Part shown: piece after piece, positions 34,621 through 48,578 of the stretch
How the letters are laid out: each line of letters begins with the position of its first letter
Position numbering within the stretch: position 1 is the first letter of the stretch
NCBI GenBank assembly: GCA_013265495.1
Contig: MU058868.1
Span: 3,722,669-3,786,668, forward strand
Direction: 5' to 3'
DNA length: 64,000 bases
DNA from: Vicugna vicugna
Taxonomy: Eukaryota
The notes under the pieces: generated by a model
The model's input: only the letters and a program-made list of their open reading frames with translations
Database searches by the model: none
What the model was told of the DNA's origin: nothing
Program-made: the position numbers and the translations under genes

Positions 34621-34869
34621 TGTATTTATTTTAGAAATGCTACTGATAACCCCCTAAGCACAAAATAGTGCCCCCCCACGTGAAACCAGGGGAGCGTTTC
34701 ACAGACTGACCCACAGTCCCTCCACAGCAGCTGCGCTCCTTCCCCAAAGACCCAGACAGGAAGGGAGTCCGCCAGCCACAGAGTGCGTCAGACCTGGGGA
34801 CAGGGGGGAAGGGAATGGCCAGCGCAGGGGGCCGAACGAGGGGCCCAGGTGAGAGGGGAAACTCTCTGG

Positions 34870-35365
34870 TTTAATACATAAACAGGCACTGAACTTGTAC
34901 ACTTTTAAAAAACGGTGAATTTTATGGTATGTAAACTAATAAAGCTGTTATAAAAATAAGCTGCTGGCTAAGATCAAAGGGAAATAGTTTGATAACCTAC
35001 GAAGTAATGTGCCCAAACATAAAAACTGGGAACCCGATCAAGCCTTGAGATCTAACTGCCGATTTACAGGACATGCGGAATAGAAAGACCACATTAAACA
35101 CACCGCAGGGATCTAACCAGCAAAATCCAGACTGTGGGAAATGCTAATGGGCAAATGACATCACTTCTTCAATAAATAAAGGGTGAAAGGAGAAGGGAGA
35201 AGTGGAAAGGTGGGCAGCCCTTATACGTTAAAAAAGACTTAAAAGATCTTTCAGCCAATTGCAATGTGTAAACTTATCTGGATCCTGGTTCAAGCAGCCT
35301 ATGAAGCTACTGGTGACCTTTGGAAACAAGTAGAAATATGAAAACTGACTGGATATTTGACAGGC
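34870..35365 (+). mobile_element. old L1 (L1MC/L1ME-like) 3' UTR fragments
   Basis: gtgaattttatggtatgtaaactaataaagctgtt; gcaaaatccagactgtgggaaa..aagacttaaaaga..tgactggatatttga. Confidence 0.6.
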
Positions 35366-36166
35366 GCACAGGGGCTCGTTATTCTATTTCATTCTGTTTC
35401 TCAGTGCACTTTAAATCTTCCACTAATAAGAAAAATAAATCAGGAACAAGTACTGGGCACGTACAAGCCTCCCCAGACATCAACCAACTAGGCCCTGATG
35501 CTCAGGCAAACAGCAGCTGCAGGGCCAAGAATCAAGGTTTTAGTTTTCCCTTTTTAGAAAGATAAAGACTAGGATTCAGATGACCCTGGCCAAGCCCACA
35601 GGGGACGTAACCTATGAGGAATGTCCAGAGGAGACGCGAGGGACCTAGAAGATGGAGGCCCAGGCTGGGCCGCTCCCATGCTGTTACTTGGCTGCTCTGC
35701 TAACAGGTGCTACGGAGCTGGGGCAACACATCCCGAAGCCCCCTCCCCCTCCCCCCCTCCCCCGTGCCTGTGCTCTGGGCCTCCTCTGTTCACCACCCTG
35801 TCCCGGGCACACCGTGCTGAGGGAGGGAGCAGGGCGCGGCGGCGTTGGTTTCCCCTGCTTTCTGTCTCTGATGTTTAAAAAGGGGGGAACGGGATCGGTT
35901 AGCAAAGTGCTGTCTAACGTGCAGAGAGCACTGTGACAGCTGACTCGAAGTTCTGCCCGCGCCCCGCCCTGCCACTGCAGAACGGGTGGGAGGGCTCCGA
36001 CACAGACCCAAAGAGGAGATGACTGCCCAAGACCCCCTGTGGCAGAGCCAAGCCCCAGACCCAGGCCACCGCACTTGCAGCCCCAGAACTGCCGGAACTG
36101 CCGTCCGGAGGGCCGTCGGCTCACGGGTAGCTGAGCTCCTGAGCCGACTGCTGAGCCGCCGCTCAC

Positions 36167-36425
36167 CTGAGCCCACTTCTTGTTTCGACTCTGCATCTGC
36201 ACCGCAGCTATGGAAGCAAAGAAGTCCTCGGCCGGCAGGTCGTCGGGCAGCCGCGTCAGGAACTGGGCTATGTGAATGAAGTCCATCTTGGTCAGGATGT
36301 CCTCGAACAGCTTCAGGATGCCCAGGGCCGTGCGGAACAGAAACTCCTCCCCGTCCCGGCAGAACACATCCCATATACGGCAGGCCAGGTCGAGGGGCAG
36401 AGACTTGCTGTATAAAGTAAAGATC
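36167..36425 (-). CDS. TBC1D14: TBC1D14 penultimate coding exon (259 nt)
   Basis: cttctccccag|G ATC TTT...GCT CAG|gtgagc; [35 protein letters not shown]...NKKWAQ. Confidence 0.96.
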
Positions 36426-39400
36426 CTGGGGAGAAGTTGAGTTTTTCAGATTTCACATGGCACAAAGAGCGCACTCTCAACTCAGGTCTGATCCATCAGC
36501 GTCTCCCTCAGGCAGTCGCTCTCATATCACATCGGGGGGGGGGGGGGACCTTCCCTCTGGAGGCCAATTCAAACATTTTACAAGACAGCATTACCTGTCG
36601 CAAGGAGTCTCAAACACCGTACCGTTTCGGAATTACAGATACCAGTTACCTCTGCATGCAACAAGTATTTACGGGCACCTGCTATGTGCTCATTCCCCTG
36701 TGGGAGGTGCCAGATGTAAGGTTCACACGGCCGACAAGGCTTAAGGGTCTGGTGGGGACCGGAAACAGTAGACAGAAATGTCTGGTTCTGTGCGCTCGTA
36801 CACCTGACTTCCGAAGACTGCCGTACACTTCTGTCCCAGTAGGGGTCAGCAAAGGAACAAAGAAACATTTTCCCAAAAATCTGAGGGTGGATTACAAGGA
36901 ACTGATCTTATATTTAACAATGCAAACCATGAGATAAAAAAAAGTGAAATACAGATACGTGTTCCCTTCATAAACTGTGATAATCACAGTCCAAACTACC
37001 AAATAAATACAATCCTAGGTGATCATACGTCATCAGGTCTAACCGCTTCTACCTTGGAACGTGGCCATGTCACAAAGCGAGGCGAGTCAGGTTGAGATGT
37101 CGACCAAACTGGATCCCTGTGAATCTGCCCTCCTCCAGCAGCTATGAGCCGCAGTCCGGGCACCATGTCCAGGGCATCTCCTGATCCCCAGGCCCAGCCA
37201 GATGCTCCTTCCCGCTCTGGGCTCCCCCTGCCCTGGTGCTCATCACAACACGCTGTGTTCGCGTCTGTCTCCCACGGAGACTGCCCGAGAGTAGGGGCCT
37301 GGCCCATCTCACCCCCGCCCTCAGCACCAGCACCGCATCTGGCGATCTCTGCCGAGTAAGTGTGCGGGCAAGCTCTCAGTCCACTTAAGGACGTCACAGA
37401 CGTCAGAGGTTCTCACTGCCCTCTCACCAGGTGGATGAGTCCTCATGACAGGTGCTGACTCTCATCTGCTGGGGGATACTTTATCCCTCCTGGAAAACCA
37501 CTTTTCTGCAGGTCTCAGTTTTTCCTTAGTGTCCATGCTGACTCAAGAGACACACGGGGCCCATGAAGGCACCTGAACTCAAGTGCTGGACTTAGACTGC
37601 AGGGCTCTGGTCAGGAGGTAATGTCACCAGGCCTTGAAGAGCAGGATGCTCACTTCCCTAGAAAAGATTCTACCAGGAATGTTACACCATACTGGCAAAT
37701 ATGCTCCCTAGTTTCATGGGTACAGGCTTTCTGTCTGCGGTGAACTCCAGGGTGCAATTTACTCGACTCTCTCGCCTGGGAGGATGCTCTGCCCCAGAAA
37801 CAGCCTTTCCTCCAGGACCCGGAGGAACTTCCATGCAGTGAAGGGCATATATTCAACACCACATGCTGATGAAGACCCAATAATGTTCAAGGCTGCCCCT
37901 TGTCAGTGCTTTAAAACTCTTAAGAGATTCAAGAAAAGTGTAATAATTTAGATTTCAACTCAGATGATGGAAAAGGGAGGCAGATGTCAGGAAGAAATCA
38001 CTCCAGGTCCTGCCACCAGTAACCGGCAGAGCCAGACCCTGAAGCCGCCCCAGAGCCCATGCCCCGAGCGTCCGGAGTGCACGGCGTGCTCTCGGGCAGC
38101 ACGCGGTCGTGCTGGGAGGACACCTAACCTGTTGGAGCCACAGAGGACCTTCAGCCTGAGCTTCTCCTTTCTCAAGAAACCGAAACCCATTTCACTGTCG
38201 GTCTAGAAGACACAGTTCAAGAGAGAATCAAGAGACCCGTTTCTAGTCGCAATCTGAAAAGTGTTCTAAGTTCCATCTGGAGGAAGTTGTATTTCTCAAA
38301 AGTGAAGAGACCTGACCTAATCTCCAGCACTGCTTCTCACCCACCAGTTCACTGGTGGGAATCAAGCCCTCACACCTTAAAAGCAGGGTCTTAAGTAAAA
38401 AATGATGGAGAAATACAGTAACTATAGGCAAACAAGAGAGAAATAACAAAATTAATTTCTTTAGCGTAATACTGAGTTGAGATTTGTGTGTGGGTCTCCA
38501 TAAACTCCTCTAGATATAGTTTGAACTGTACAAGACTAAGCTGACATCGAACGACCAGGGGAGCCGCACTCCAGGCCCGTGACGCTCATGTTTACGCTGC
38601 ACCTCACATGTCCCTTTCACACAGTCATCAAGCAGGGACAGACACCCCGGCTACCTTCCCCTGCAGACTCCGGCGGGCCTTCCAGTGACCAGCTCCTGGG
38701 CCCTGGGCTCTAGTCCGAGTCCAGCATCACCGTCCCCTCAGCCTCCTGCTCCCGCAGCGTCTGAGCAGGGAGGGTGTTCGCCTCCCCGCCTCCCGCAGCA
38801 GGACTGCTCAGACACGCGCCAGCGTCCTCAAGCGCCCCTCTCCCTCTCCTCTCATCTCCCCTCTCACTGCAAAACCATTCATTACCAGCGGCTGTCAAAT
38901 GCTTGACTCTTTTAAACTATGTTTAGCTGTGAATAGGACACTTCAACGACGTTCCCCGCTTCATTCTCAGGAGAGTGGTTCATCCGGCCCCATTCATGCA
39001 GGTGAGGAGCCACTCAGCCGCAGGGGATGCAGTGAGCGAGCGGGGCAGCCCCGGAAGCCGCCCTCCGGAGCGAGCACGCTGCTGTCTGCACTCGGCCTCC
39101 CCGCCTCGAGCGCTTCCAGTCGGCTCCCCGCGGCACAGTGCTGGGCCTCAGCCCACTCCAGCAGGGACGAGGGCGGAAGCAGCAGGGAGGGGCGGTGAAA
39201 GCCCCCGGCCTTCCCCGGACTGCTGAGTGTTCTGGCCCTGGAGGAGAGAGTGGAGGATTTTTCTCCCCCAAGAAATGACTTTTTCTCCCTTGGACCGCTG
39301 CGTATTACTGCACTGTGTGTATTTGCGTGTGTGCATGTCTGTGTTGCTAAACTAATGACGTGGCAACAGGCTCAGAAAGGACAAGGGGTGAGTGGTGTGT

Positions 39401-42400
39401 ATCTCTTTCCCCAACAGCACGTGGAGGGGAATGGAACAGTTTTCTTCCTGTCAAGCCGTCACAGTTCCCAGAAAGCATTCTTATCTGGCGCTGCCTGATC
39501 CGACTGCTTGTCTGAGCTTCCAGGGGAGCGAGGGAGCACGCCGGGGAGGGAGGGGGCTCACCACTTCCGAAGCCAGGCGTGGGGGCAAAGGCTCCTTCTG
39601 AGAGGCCCGCGGTGGGAGGACCGACATCCCCGCCTGTCTGCAAGCACCGCGGGCCTGTCTGCAAGCACCAAGCAGAGCCGACGGGCACACCTGCCTCCCT
39701 GCACAGTGCGGCTTCGTATGCTCCCCTCTGGATCATCCAGTTTGATCTCTCAGTTAAAACAAGCTTCATCTCCATTTTATGGTGAGGAAACTGCAAATCT
39801 AGGGAGGCTGTGGAAATGCGGCTTTCAGCCTGAGGAAAGGGTGAAGGTCCTCTAGCGTCTCACCCGCTGAGGAGCAAAACCAGACACACCTGGACCTCCA
39901 AAGCCTGACAGCCAACTTCCACCTGTGCCTGAATGCTCCCATCCTCACCGGTTCCTAAGAATGGGACTTTGTCCCCCAAGCTGGCTTACCAAGTGGCCCT
40001 GAGCCCCTCCCCCTCACCATGGTGTGCCCCGTGTCCTAAAAACCCAGACCAGCCATTCGCGTAGACATCGCTAGAAAACCACTCAGCCTCCTTAGGCCTT
40101 GTGAGGATTAAACAAAACAACATTAAACACCCAATATAGAACTGCAATCACTAAAAACTGAAGGTAGTTATGTAAGTCTCAGTTCAAACTTAATTAACAA
40201 GCCCAACCCTTGCCCCGACCCTGGAAGCAGTCAGACAGATCCACCTCAGTGCCCCGGGAGGCCCCCTAACTTGAGCTCACAGGTATTCTCACTTCAGCTG
40301 CCAGCACCGAGCAGAGGCAGGAGACAGTAGGGAAACAGGTGAACCCCGCGTTAGAACACAGCCTCCATCGCAGCCAGGCCGAGGTGGGCTGGTGACCAAG
40401 GGCTGTGCAGGGCCTTCCTGCGGACAGGTGTCCCCCCTGCAGGCTTGGACACCTCCTCCGTCCCACCCACACGCACACACGCACACACTCTGATGAGGCC
40501 CCCACGTCGGCCAGGTGCTATTCCGGATGCCTGGGAGCTCAGCAAGCCAACACTACTCTGGAGTTCTTAGGCAGACCCAAAACCCGAAAGTTAGAAGCTA
40601 TTAGTGAAATGTATGCAAGATGTGATGGAAACTAAAATCTCCTGACTCGTAGTTTCACCTTGAACCATGCCGTTAAGCTAAGAGACAGCATGATGATCAG
40701 ATCTCCAAGTATCACCAGACATTATTCAAGAAACATTAATCGTGATGTAGAATGTACTGCTTGATTCTTCTGTTAATTCAGGATTATTTGCTACAAAACC
40801 CACTCACGTCTCTGAGTAATTCTGCCATTTGACAGCAGTGGGGAAATATTTTGGTAAGTCAAATGACCGCATGTCAGCCCTCCCACAAAACATGGACACC
40901 TGACTGAACACTCACAACCCTGTAGGAGGCCGCAGTCAGTGAGGCCCTGCCCTAAGCCTCCCAGCTCCACGCGAGCAGAGAAGAGCGACAAGCACTACAC
41001 AGGACCCCTTGCCAGGAAAGCAGTGTCAGTGAGCAAATCTGGGCCTCAGCTGTGGAGCCTCTGCAGCACTGGGCAGACAGTGGCCCCGAGTGCACTTGGG
41101 GAGCGAGCACCCTGGGGAGCGAGCACCTGGGTGAGCCTCGGCCGGATTCCGTGTATTTTAAGCCCAGGAAGGGGCCCGTCAGGAACAGATGCATTCTTGA
41201 ATCTAGGACTCTGAGCCAGGCATGGGTCCAGGCACTGGGGACACAGAGGTGACTGGCAAAGCTTGGTCTATTGCAGGCACAGCAGGAAACAGACGATGCC
41301 CTCAGTGGTCAGCGCTGCGATGGGGGAAGCCTTGACTGCTGGGGCGGAGGGGAGAGGAAAGAGCGTTCTGGAAGAGTAACTATCAAACCGGGCAAGACAA
41401 TGTCCTACATAAAGCCACAATGCGATAATCCTGGGGGAAGAGAAGCTGTGCTAGGAATGTAAGGGCGACTCCCACATGGCCTCTGGGGCAGACAGCAGGG
41501 CAGGAAAGGAGATTCTATCGTCTTGTCTGAGCACCACAGCTCACGCGGGACACTCAGAAAGCCAAACCACGGAGCCCACAGCCCTCCAACACGGAAAAGG
41601 AGAGTGAGCTGCTGGAAGCCCCTGCAGACCACGTGCACAGTGCAGATCCACCACATGTGCAACTCAGAGGCAGGCCCTGCTGTCAGGGTTGCAGACACCG
41701 GTTTGGGGAAGGTGACATGATGAAGCAGGAAAAGCAAAAGGTCTGGAGTGAGACTGGTCTGGACCACTCACTACAGGCGAGATGCCGGGTAAGGGGCCTC
41801 AGCAGCTTCCTCTGCGCTAAGACATACCTGCTCCAGAGGCCGTGAAGGTGAAACAAAAGAACGAGTGCCTCTGAGACGCCAGCTTCCAGGGCAGGCCCTA
41901 GGCCAAACCTGTTCCTTCCCAGGGCTTCCTTCCCACTGCCTACCCTGCTTCTGATCTGAGCTTTGAACTAACTGTTAGCACCCAACCAAGAGCCTGAATC
42001 ATTACAGACTATCCATAAATGTGGACTGCAAGGAATAAATCATGAATACATCGTTTTCCTGTGCTTAATTCACTGTGCTTTAATTCAACTTAAATTCCTA
42101 CTAAGGACTTACTGTGTGCCTAGCCCTGCCATCAGCGTTCCACCTGGTCCTAATTCCACGAAGCAGTCAAGCATCTCACCAGGGACAGGCCTGCACCAGC
42201 AGGGCCCTCGTCAGACTACAGCGGGCAGCACTCAAGGGGCATCAGGCACCAACCACGTCACCTGGTCTCCGGAGCGGGGTCCTCACAGCTCCTTTTCACT
42301 CGGACCTCTGTGCTTTGCTCCACCTGCATCGCTGGCAAGCCTGCCCTGAGCTGTGTACCCTCACCAGTGTGCTGCTGTATCTTTGGAGCCTGAGCTCCGG

Positions 42401-45119
42401 GACCCACCTCATGGGTCATGCTGCCTTACAGCTAAACCCGCTAGAGAACAAGCTCTGAGCAGGTGAGCACCAGCCCTGCTGCTCAGCCAGCCCCGCGGCC
42501 TCGGGCAAGTCACTCGGCCTCTTGGAGCCCCACCTTCCTCAAGTGTGAGACAGAGGTGCTACAATCCACTGGAAGGGGTTGTTCTAAGCGTCCCATGAGA
42601 TCATGAGAGAAGCGCTGGAGTCAATGAAGGCAGGTCCCCTTGACCTCTACCCTCCACCTTCAGCCTGGAATAGAAAGACAGGCGTCCTGCAGGACAGTGC
42701 TCCTCTCTGCCCGTGGTGACCGCTCCGACCACCACCTGTGCTGTCATCACACTGGATCAGCACCAGCTTTTTTTTTTTTTGAACAAATAGAACAGAACCG
42801 GAAACTTCTGAATGCTCTGCACATAGTGACAGCTAGGTACTAGTTCATGAAACCTGTTTCGTATACATACTATGTTGCTGCACACACGGCCACACACTGG
42901 GTCACAACACAAAATTTACTTCCTTTTACAAGTCAGGGTAAAAAAAGTTTGAAAGTCACTATTCCAGAACAGTGCTTTCCAAAGTTCACTTTTAGCCTGG
43001 AATCCTAAGAATCTAACCTGGGGGCCTCAAATAGACCAGGTAGAAGCTGAAGACTCTGGTCCCACAGGAGCCTCCCCTACCACTCTCCCCCGGTCACGGG
43101 CTCCAGGCTGGGAACCTTCAAGGTCAGGGTTCACAGTCAAATGACCAGCATGGGTGCACAACAGGGGTACAGAGGGACAGCCTATACAAGAGTTGAGTGT
43201 TCGTGTTGTGGACAAATCATTTGTCAGCTAAAGGTGCCCTTCAAGGGAGGCCCCAAACACTTCCACCCTGCACAGCCAGACAGGCCAGCCCAGCATCCCC
43301 ACCAGTGGCCACTTCACGGCCATCTCACTATACTAACCCACAGTGACACAGCACCTGTCACGTCAGCTAGGAGCTGTGACCTCCAAACCCTGTGCCTGGC
43401 AAGAATTCATCAGAGTCAGAACAAAACAGGGTTGAGGGCAGAAGCAACTAATGCCAAGAATCCCACAGGCTTGTTCCCATGGGTGTGGACAAGTTGGCTT
43501 TATTTAAGGGAGTCTTGTTTCTGACGACATTTGGACTTCACCTTGTAGAAGCCTTTTCCCTCATGAAGAAAGTGAGCAAAAAAAAAAAAAAAAAAAAGTC
43601 ACACCAGCTCTGCATTCCTGGCAGTTTCAGAGTCATTGTGCAAGTTAGTGCCAAAGCCCCAACGGGCTTTTCGGGCAAGTGACATTCCTTCCCTCTGCAG
43701 AGCCCGCTGTGAGTCGGGGTGGGAATGCCGGGCAGTCAACGGACAAGGCCCTGAAAGGCTCATCAGCTTGGTCTACAGATGAGGGAGCAGGCTCAGAGAG
43801 GTTGCAGGGCCCTCGGCCAGGCCACAGGTGAATAACAGGAGAGGCTGGGACTTAGGTGGGACCCCACGCTCCTCCCACCATGCGGCCCCGAGACTCCTCC
43901 CCTAGTTCCCAAGTTACCACCCACCTTCTCCCCTGGCGCTCTCTGGGGTGACGCCCCAGCCTTCCTCAGACAACCACATGCACCTATGCACGAAGACCTG
44001 CCTGTCCACTGCCCCACTGCAGAACTCCCTGGAGCCTTGTATCTGTGAGTCTTCCTCAGTGTCCTCCAGGCGCCTCAGAACCACTGTGTCCACAGCCAAA
44101 TCCACTAAGAGTCCCGACAGACCCAACCCTGCTGTGTTCTGGTCTCAGCTGGGCCCAGCCCCCCCAGCATCTGGCCCCACAAGAGCAGACCACACGTCTC
44201 CGCCCTCTCCCCGACAGCCACAAGCCTCCCCTGGGGCCACAGCGCTTCCCTCTCCAGCATCTCTCTCCTCCCCACTCTCCACCCACTCCTGCGGCCTCAG
44301 CTCAAGCCCTGGCTTTTTCTTCCTTAATGTGTCTGCCTCCAGGTTCCCCTGCCTTGCGAGTAGATAAAACTCACCTCTGGGTACAGCCCACCTGCATTCT
44401 CACCCCAAGCACAAACCTTCAGCCGCTCCCTCTGGCCCCTGTAATCCTGTCTGCTCCTCTACCTGGCGTCTGAGACCCACCAGACCCGGCTTCCAGGCCT
44501 TTCGCCTGCCGCCCTCTGCCTTTTACTTCAGGCTCCCACATCACCACGCCAACTGCTGCAGCCCTAACTCTGGAATGCCGCACACTCATGTCATGTCTTG
44601 GCTCAAACTCCTGTGTCATCTCTGTGTACTCTGGCCCCCAAGCCTGGGTCCAGGCCTCTGTCCTTCCCTTCCTTCAGGGACGGCACTCATCACCTGCTGT
44701 CCAGCCCCAGCCGTCCACAGACAGTCTCTCCTACTAGGGAGAAGCTCCGGACAGGCCAGTGCTGAGTCCTCTCACTGCCTGTCCGGGATCCTAGAAGAGA
44801 GCCCGCCAGATCTGGTGCTTAGTGACGTCTCGTGGAAGGAATGGATATCAGTACCTTGAAAACAAAGAGGTCCAAGACACTGTTCTCCCCGAGAGAATTC
44901 AGGAGGACCAGTTAGAGTCACAGGAGGCACCAGAGAGAGTACCAGAGCGGAGCAGACGACCAGCAGCACGAGCCCAGGGACACAGGGCTTGGGGCCGCGG
45001 GGGAGACGGTAAAGCAGGACGTGGGGGTCAGCCGAGCCCTGGAAGATGCTGGCAGTGAGGAATGAAAAAAGGGGGCGTGGAGATAAGAAAACACTGAAAA
45101 CATTAAAATGCAGTCTTAC

Positions 45120-45229
45120 CAATCAATTAGGTAGATGTCTGGAGTTAAGTTGTTTTTCTTGAAATGGGCAAATAATTTCGGCAAATTTTCTTCAAAGAAT
45201 ACCTCAAATGCAGCAAAATAAGTCAACAT
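45120..45229 (-). CDS. TBC1D14: TBC1D14 coding exon (110 nt)
   Basis: tctccctag|ATG TTG ACT...GAT TG|gtaaga; [36 protein letters not shown](W). Confidence 0.96.
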
Positions 45230-46001
45230 CTAGGGAGACAATGTGAAACATACTATAAACTCATTATCAGCACAAGCTTCCAGTCTACAAAAAAAGTCAA
45301 CACACGTGTACCTTTAGAACCTAACACTCATCTTCATGCGTAACTGCACACATACCTTCTCTGGCAACCCGGAACCAGGCACTACACGTGCACCATCTAA
45401 ATAAGCGCGGTCTCTATCTCACATCACTGGCTGCATCTTATTATTTCTTCAATTTGTAGATAAGAGAACTGAAACCCAGAACAGTTCTGTCACTTGCCAA
45501 ATGAGGTCACATCACCAGTGTGTGGCGAGGCGGGGCCCTGAACCTGTGCCTGTCCCCCAGCAACGGCTGACTCCTGACAGGTTCATTCTCTGAGAACCAG
45601 GGATGGATTAACTGCCTAAAACGATCTGAAAAACCAGGCATGCCTCCCTCCCAACCCCTAACATTTCCAGAGGGAACATAAAACATAACACTAACATTGA
45701 GGCAAGGGCAACACTGCTGTGGCTCAGAAGTGCAGCCCTTCAATGCAGTGAGGGAGAAACCCTGTGGGGAAAGGAAGCAGCCACAGCCTGTGTTTTACCA
45801 GCACACGCTTTTCACCTTCTTACAGGGTTTGCAGGAACACAAAATGGACCGAGCAGGGGCGGTGCTGAAACAGGATTAGGAGCGGCACACATCTGAGACG
45901 CAGCCTGGTTCTGTTCCACCCTTTCCCAGCTGGATGCCCGTGGGCAGACGGCAACTCTCAGAGGCTGTCTGCACATCTCAGCAAAGGGATGTTCAGAAAA
46001 C

Positions 46002-46212
46002 CAGTGGCTCCCAAGTAGGGGCGACTGTGCCTCTGAGGCGACACCTGGCTGTGCCTCAGGACATTTCTGATTGTTGCATCTAGTGGGGAGGTGCTACTGG
46101 CATCTGGTGGGGAAAGGCCAGGGGTGCTGCTGGACGGCGTCTGATGCACAGGACGGCCTCACCACAGCTGCGCAGCCCCAGATGTCCATGGCGCTGCTGC
46201 AGAGAAACCCTG
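46002..46212 (+). mobile_element. MER20 hAT DNA transposon
   Basis: cagtggctccc..gtgctactggcatctggtgggg..ggccaggggtgctgct..atgcacaggacggcc..gagaaaccctg, near full length against the recalled MER20 consensus. Confidence 0.85.
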
Positions 46213-46369
46213 CTGCAGATGCAGCTCCCACTCAACATTACAATTCTGTGATTTTTCCTTAACAACACAAGTTAAAATTTCTCATTTCTCATCATGTGTT
46301 TCCAAAGGGGTCTTCAAAATTAGAAGATACTTAGATGTACACCATAAAACCATAAACCATAAAAAAGGT

Positions 46370-46900
46370 TTTTTCCTGACTATGAAAGTAGTGTCCGTAA
46401 AATGCTCACTGTAGAAAACTTATGAAGTACAGAAACGAATAAAGATCATCCATAAACACTACTAACATTGGGTGTACTTCCTTTTATTGTTAAATATGGT
46501 AGCTATTATGGCATATATTCTATTTTACATACTTCAGAAAAAATTTGCATTTTATCTTCAATCTTTCCCCGTACAGTTGTTTGCAATGTCAGTGTTGCAC
46601 TGGGTAGAATATTTCCAGATCTTAATGAACATTCTGTATTGCCCTAAATACCCATTTTTAAAAGTTTTCATCTTCACAACGAAAAATAATTTTAAATTTT
46701 TACTGAATAATTATAACTGTGCAATAATCACTGTGCAAAGTGCTCTGTCCACACTTGTGATTTTCTTAGAAACAATTCTTCCGAAAATTACATACCAACA
46801 CCGTTTACTGCTACTGACACCTAACACCAAACCGTCTTCCAGAAGGACGCTGCCAATTTACACTTCCCTTGAGAGCCACCATTTAGCAGCAGTTTCATAA
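46370..46900 (-). mobile_element. old L1ME-like fragments
   Basis: AT-rich tgctcactgtagaaaac..actaacattgggtgtacttcc..ttccagaaggacgctgccaatttacacttccc. Confidence 0.5.
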
Positions 46901-47694
46901 TACTTAAAAAAAAAATGTATGTAACAGCCTGAGCAAGATATACTCAGGAGTCCTTAAGACATCAAGGAAGAAACATTCTCTAGCTGTTCTGAACTATTAG
47001 ATCCTTTTAGGTCTGAAATACTAGTGACAATTATCAGCAAGTGTCAGCAAACGACCAGCAAACCCAGACAATGCTAACTACAAAGCGGGTGGGTCTGGTG
47101 CATCGGTGACCTCCCTCCTGGGCTACAGGAAGAACACAGGCTTAGGAAGCAGAGGGGTCCAGTGCGGCTCTCCACAGACCAGATACGTGCCTCGACCGAG
47201 GCCTACCACTCCTGAGCCTCACTTCCTTGTCTGCACCAGGCAGTGGTCCCACCTCCAGGAGCGAGTGGGACCTCCCCAGGGCAAGGACTGCCAACTCCTT
47301 CCAGCCACTCATTTCTTCCTTCCGTCAGATGGAGGAGCCGGTCTTAAGCCTGTCTCCTCTCCTGTGTATGAGCATGCTGCGTGAGGCAGACCCCGACGTG
47401 GGGCTGCTCTGGGGCTTCTGCTTGGACACATGGTGTGCATGCTGGAATATATTTTCAGAAATATTTTCCGAAAGGGTGCATTAAGAAATTTTTTCATATG
47501 GCTATTAATCACGTGCTTTTGAAGTTCAGCACAACACCCAAAAAATCCTCCACGTCATGTAGTGCTACTTATTCTGAGTATCTTAGTGGAGGAAAAATGT
47601 ACTATTTTTCCCCCTGAAGAGAAAGAATGATTAGGCCCCTCTTGCTGTGTGAAAACACAGTACCCAGGGCACAACACACACCGGGGATACTTAC

Positions 47695-47823
47695 AAGGCC
47701 ATGGTCCACTCGAAAAAATGCCATTTGACATGGTTTATTCAAAAGATTAGAAAAAGCAATGAAGGCATCTGCAGTATCTAAGTTCAGGATCAACACGGCT
47801 GCTATGAAGGACATGCCCTGAAC
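47695..47823 (-). CDS. TBC1D14: TBC1D14 coding exon (129 nt)
   Basis: cctcctctcag|GTT CAG GGC...GGC CTT|gtaagt; [43 protein letters not shown]. Confidence 0.96.
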
Positions 47824-48506
47824 CTGAGAGGAGGAGAGAAATGGGGATTACACTGAGGCAGTTACCACAGTCAGAACAGCTCTGCCATCTTACTGGAAGA
47901 GGAACCTAAATCCCTCACACTGGAAGGATCCACACTGCACCCGCCCATGGCCACCCGCCGGAGGCTGAACCGACAGCCCTCTCCGTACTGGCCTGGCCTT
48001 GCTGGGAACCGCCGCTCTGCCCCATCACCCACCTGCGTGCACTGCTCCAGCCCCACCCGCAATATGGGGAAAACCATGACCAGCCCCTCCTGCGTCTGAG
48101 ATGCCGCCCTCTGCAACATAGGGCTTCCTGGTGCCATAGAAATGTGCGTCTAACCAAACGCGTCACTCTAAAACTGCGCACACGCGTCTGCCAAGCCGCA
48201 GGCGCAGCAGCAGCACAGCGTCAAACGCAGTCACTGCTAAAAGCGCTTCTGACTTAATGCTGAAAAAAATCACATGCAAAAAATGGAAGTCAAATCCCAT
48301 TAAAATGTGATTAATGCCACAGAGCAGCCACGTCAGCTCAACTTCCCTGCGAGGAAACTGAGGCAAATCATTTACTGTGAGACGTTTCATACTCAACAAA
48401 AAAACGGGGGCATTCAACCTGACACCTGCAGCTACAGTGTGCTGGCCAACATTCTGACTTTCTTTCTAGATGAGAACATCATAAAGTATTCAAAAAGTTC
48501 ACTTAC

Positions 48507-48578
48507 ATAGCCCACATCCGGTCGATAACAAGTGTAAGCGCCCAGAATGCTGTGCAGCATGTCGTGGTACGGCCCACC
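48507..48578 (-). CDS. TBC1D14: TBC1D14 coding exon (72 nt)
   Basis: tccctgtag|GGT GGG CCG...GGC TAT|gtaagt; [24 protein letters not shown]. Confidence 0.96.

Noticed and set aside
35684-36374. 227-aa and 194-aa ORFs at the TBC1D14 penultimate exon
   Set aside because: The first is the real exon reading on into the intron past a consensus CAG|gtgagc donor. The second is an alternate frame.
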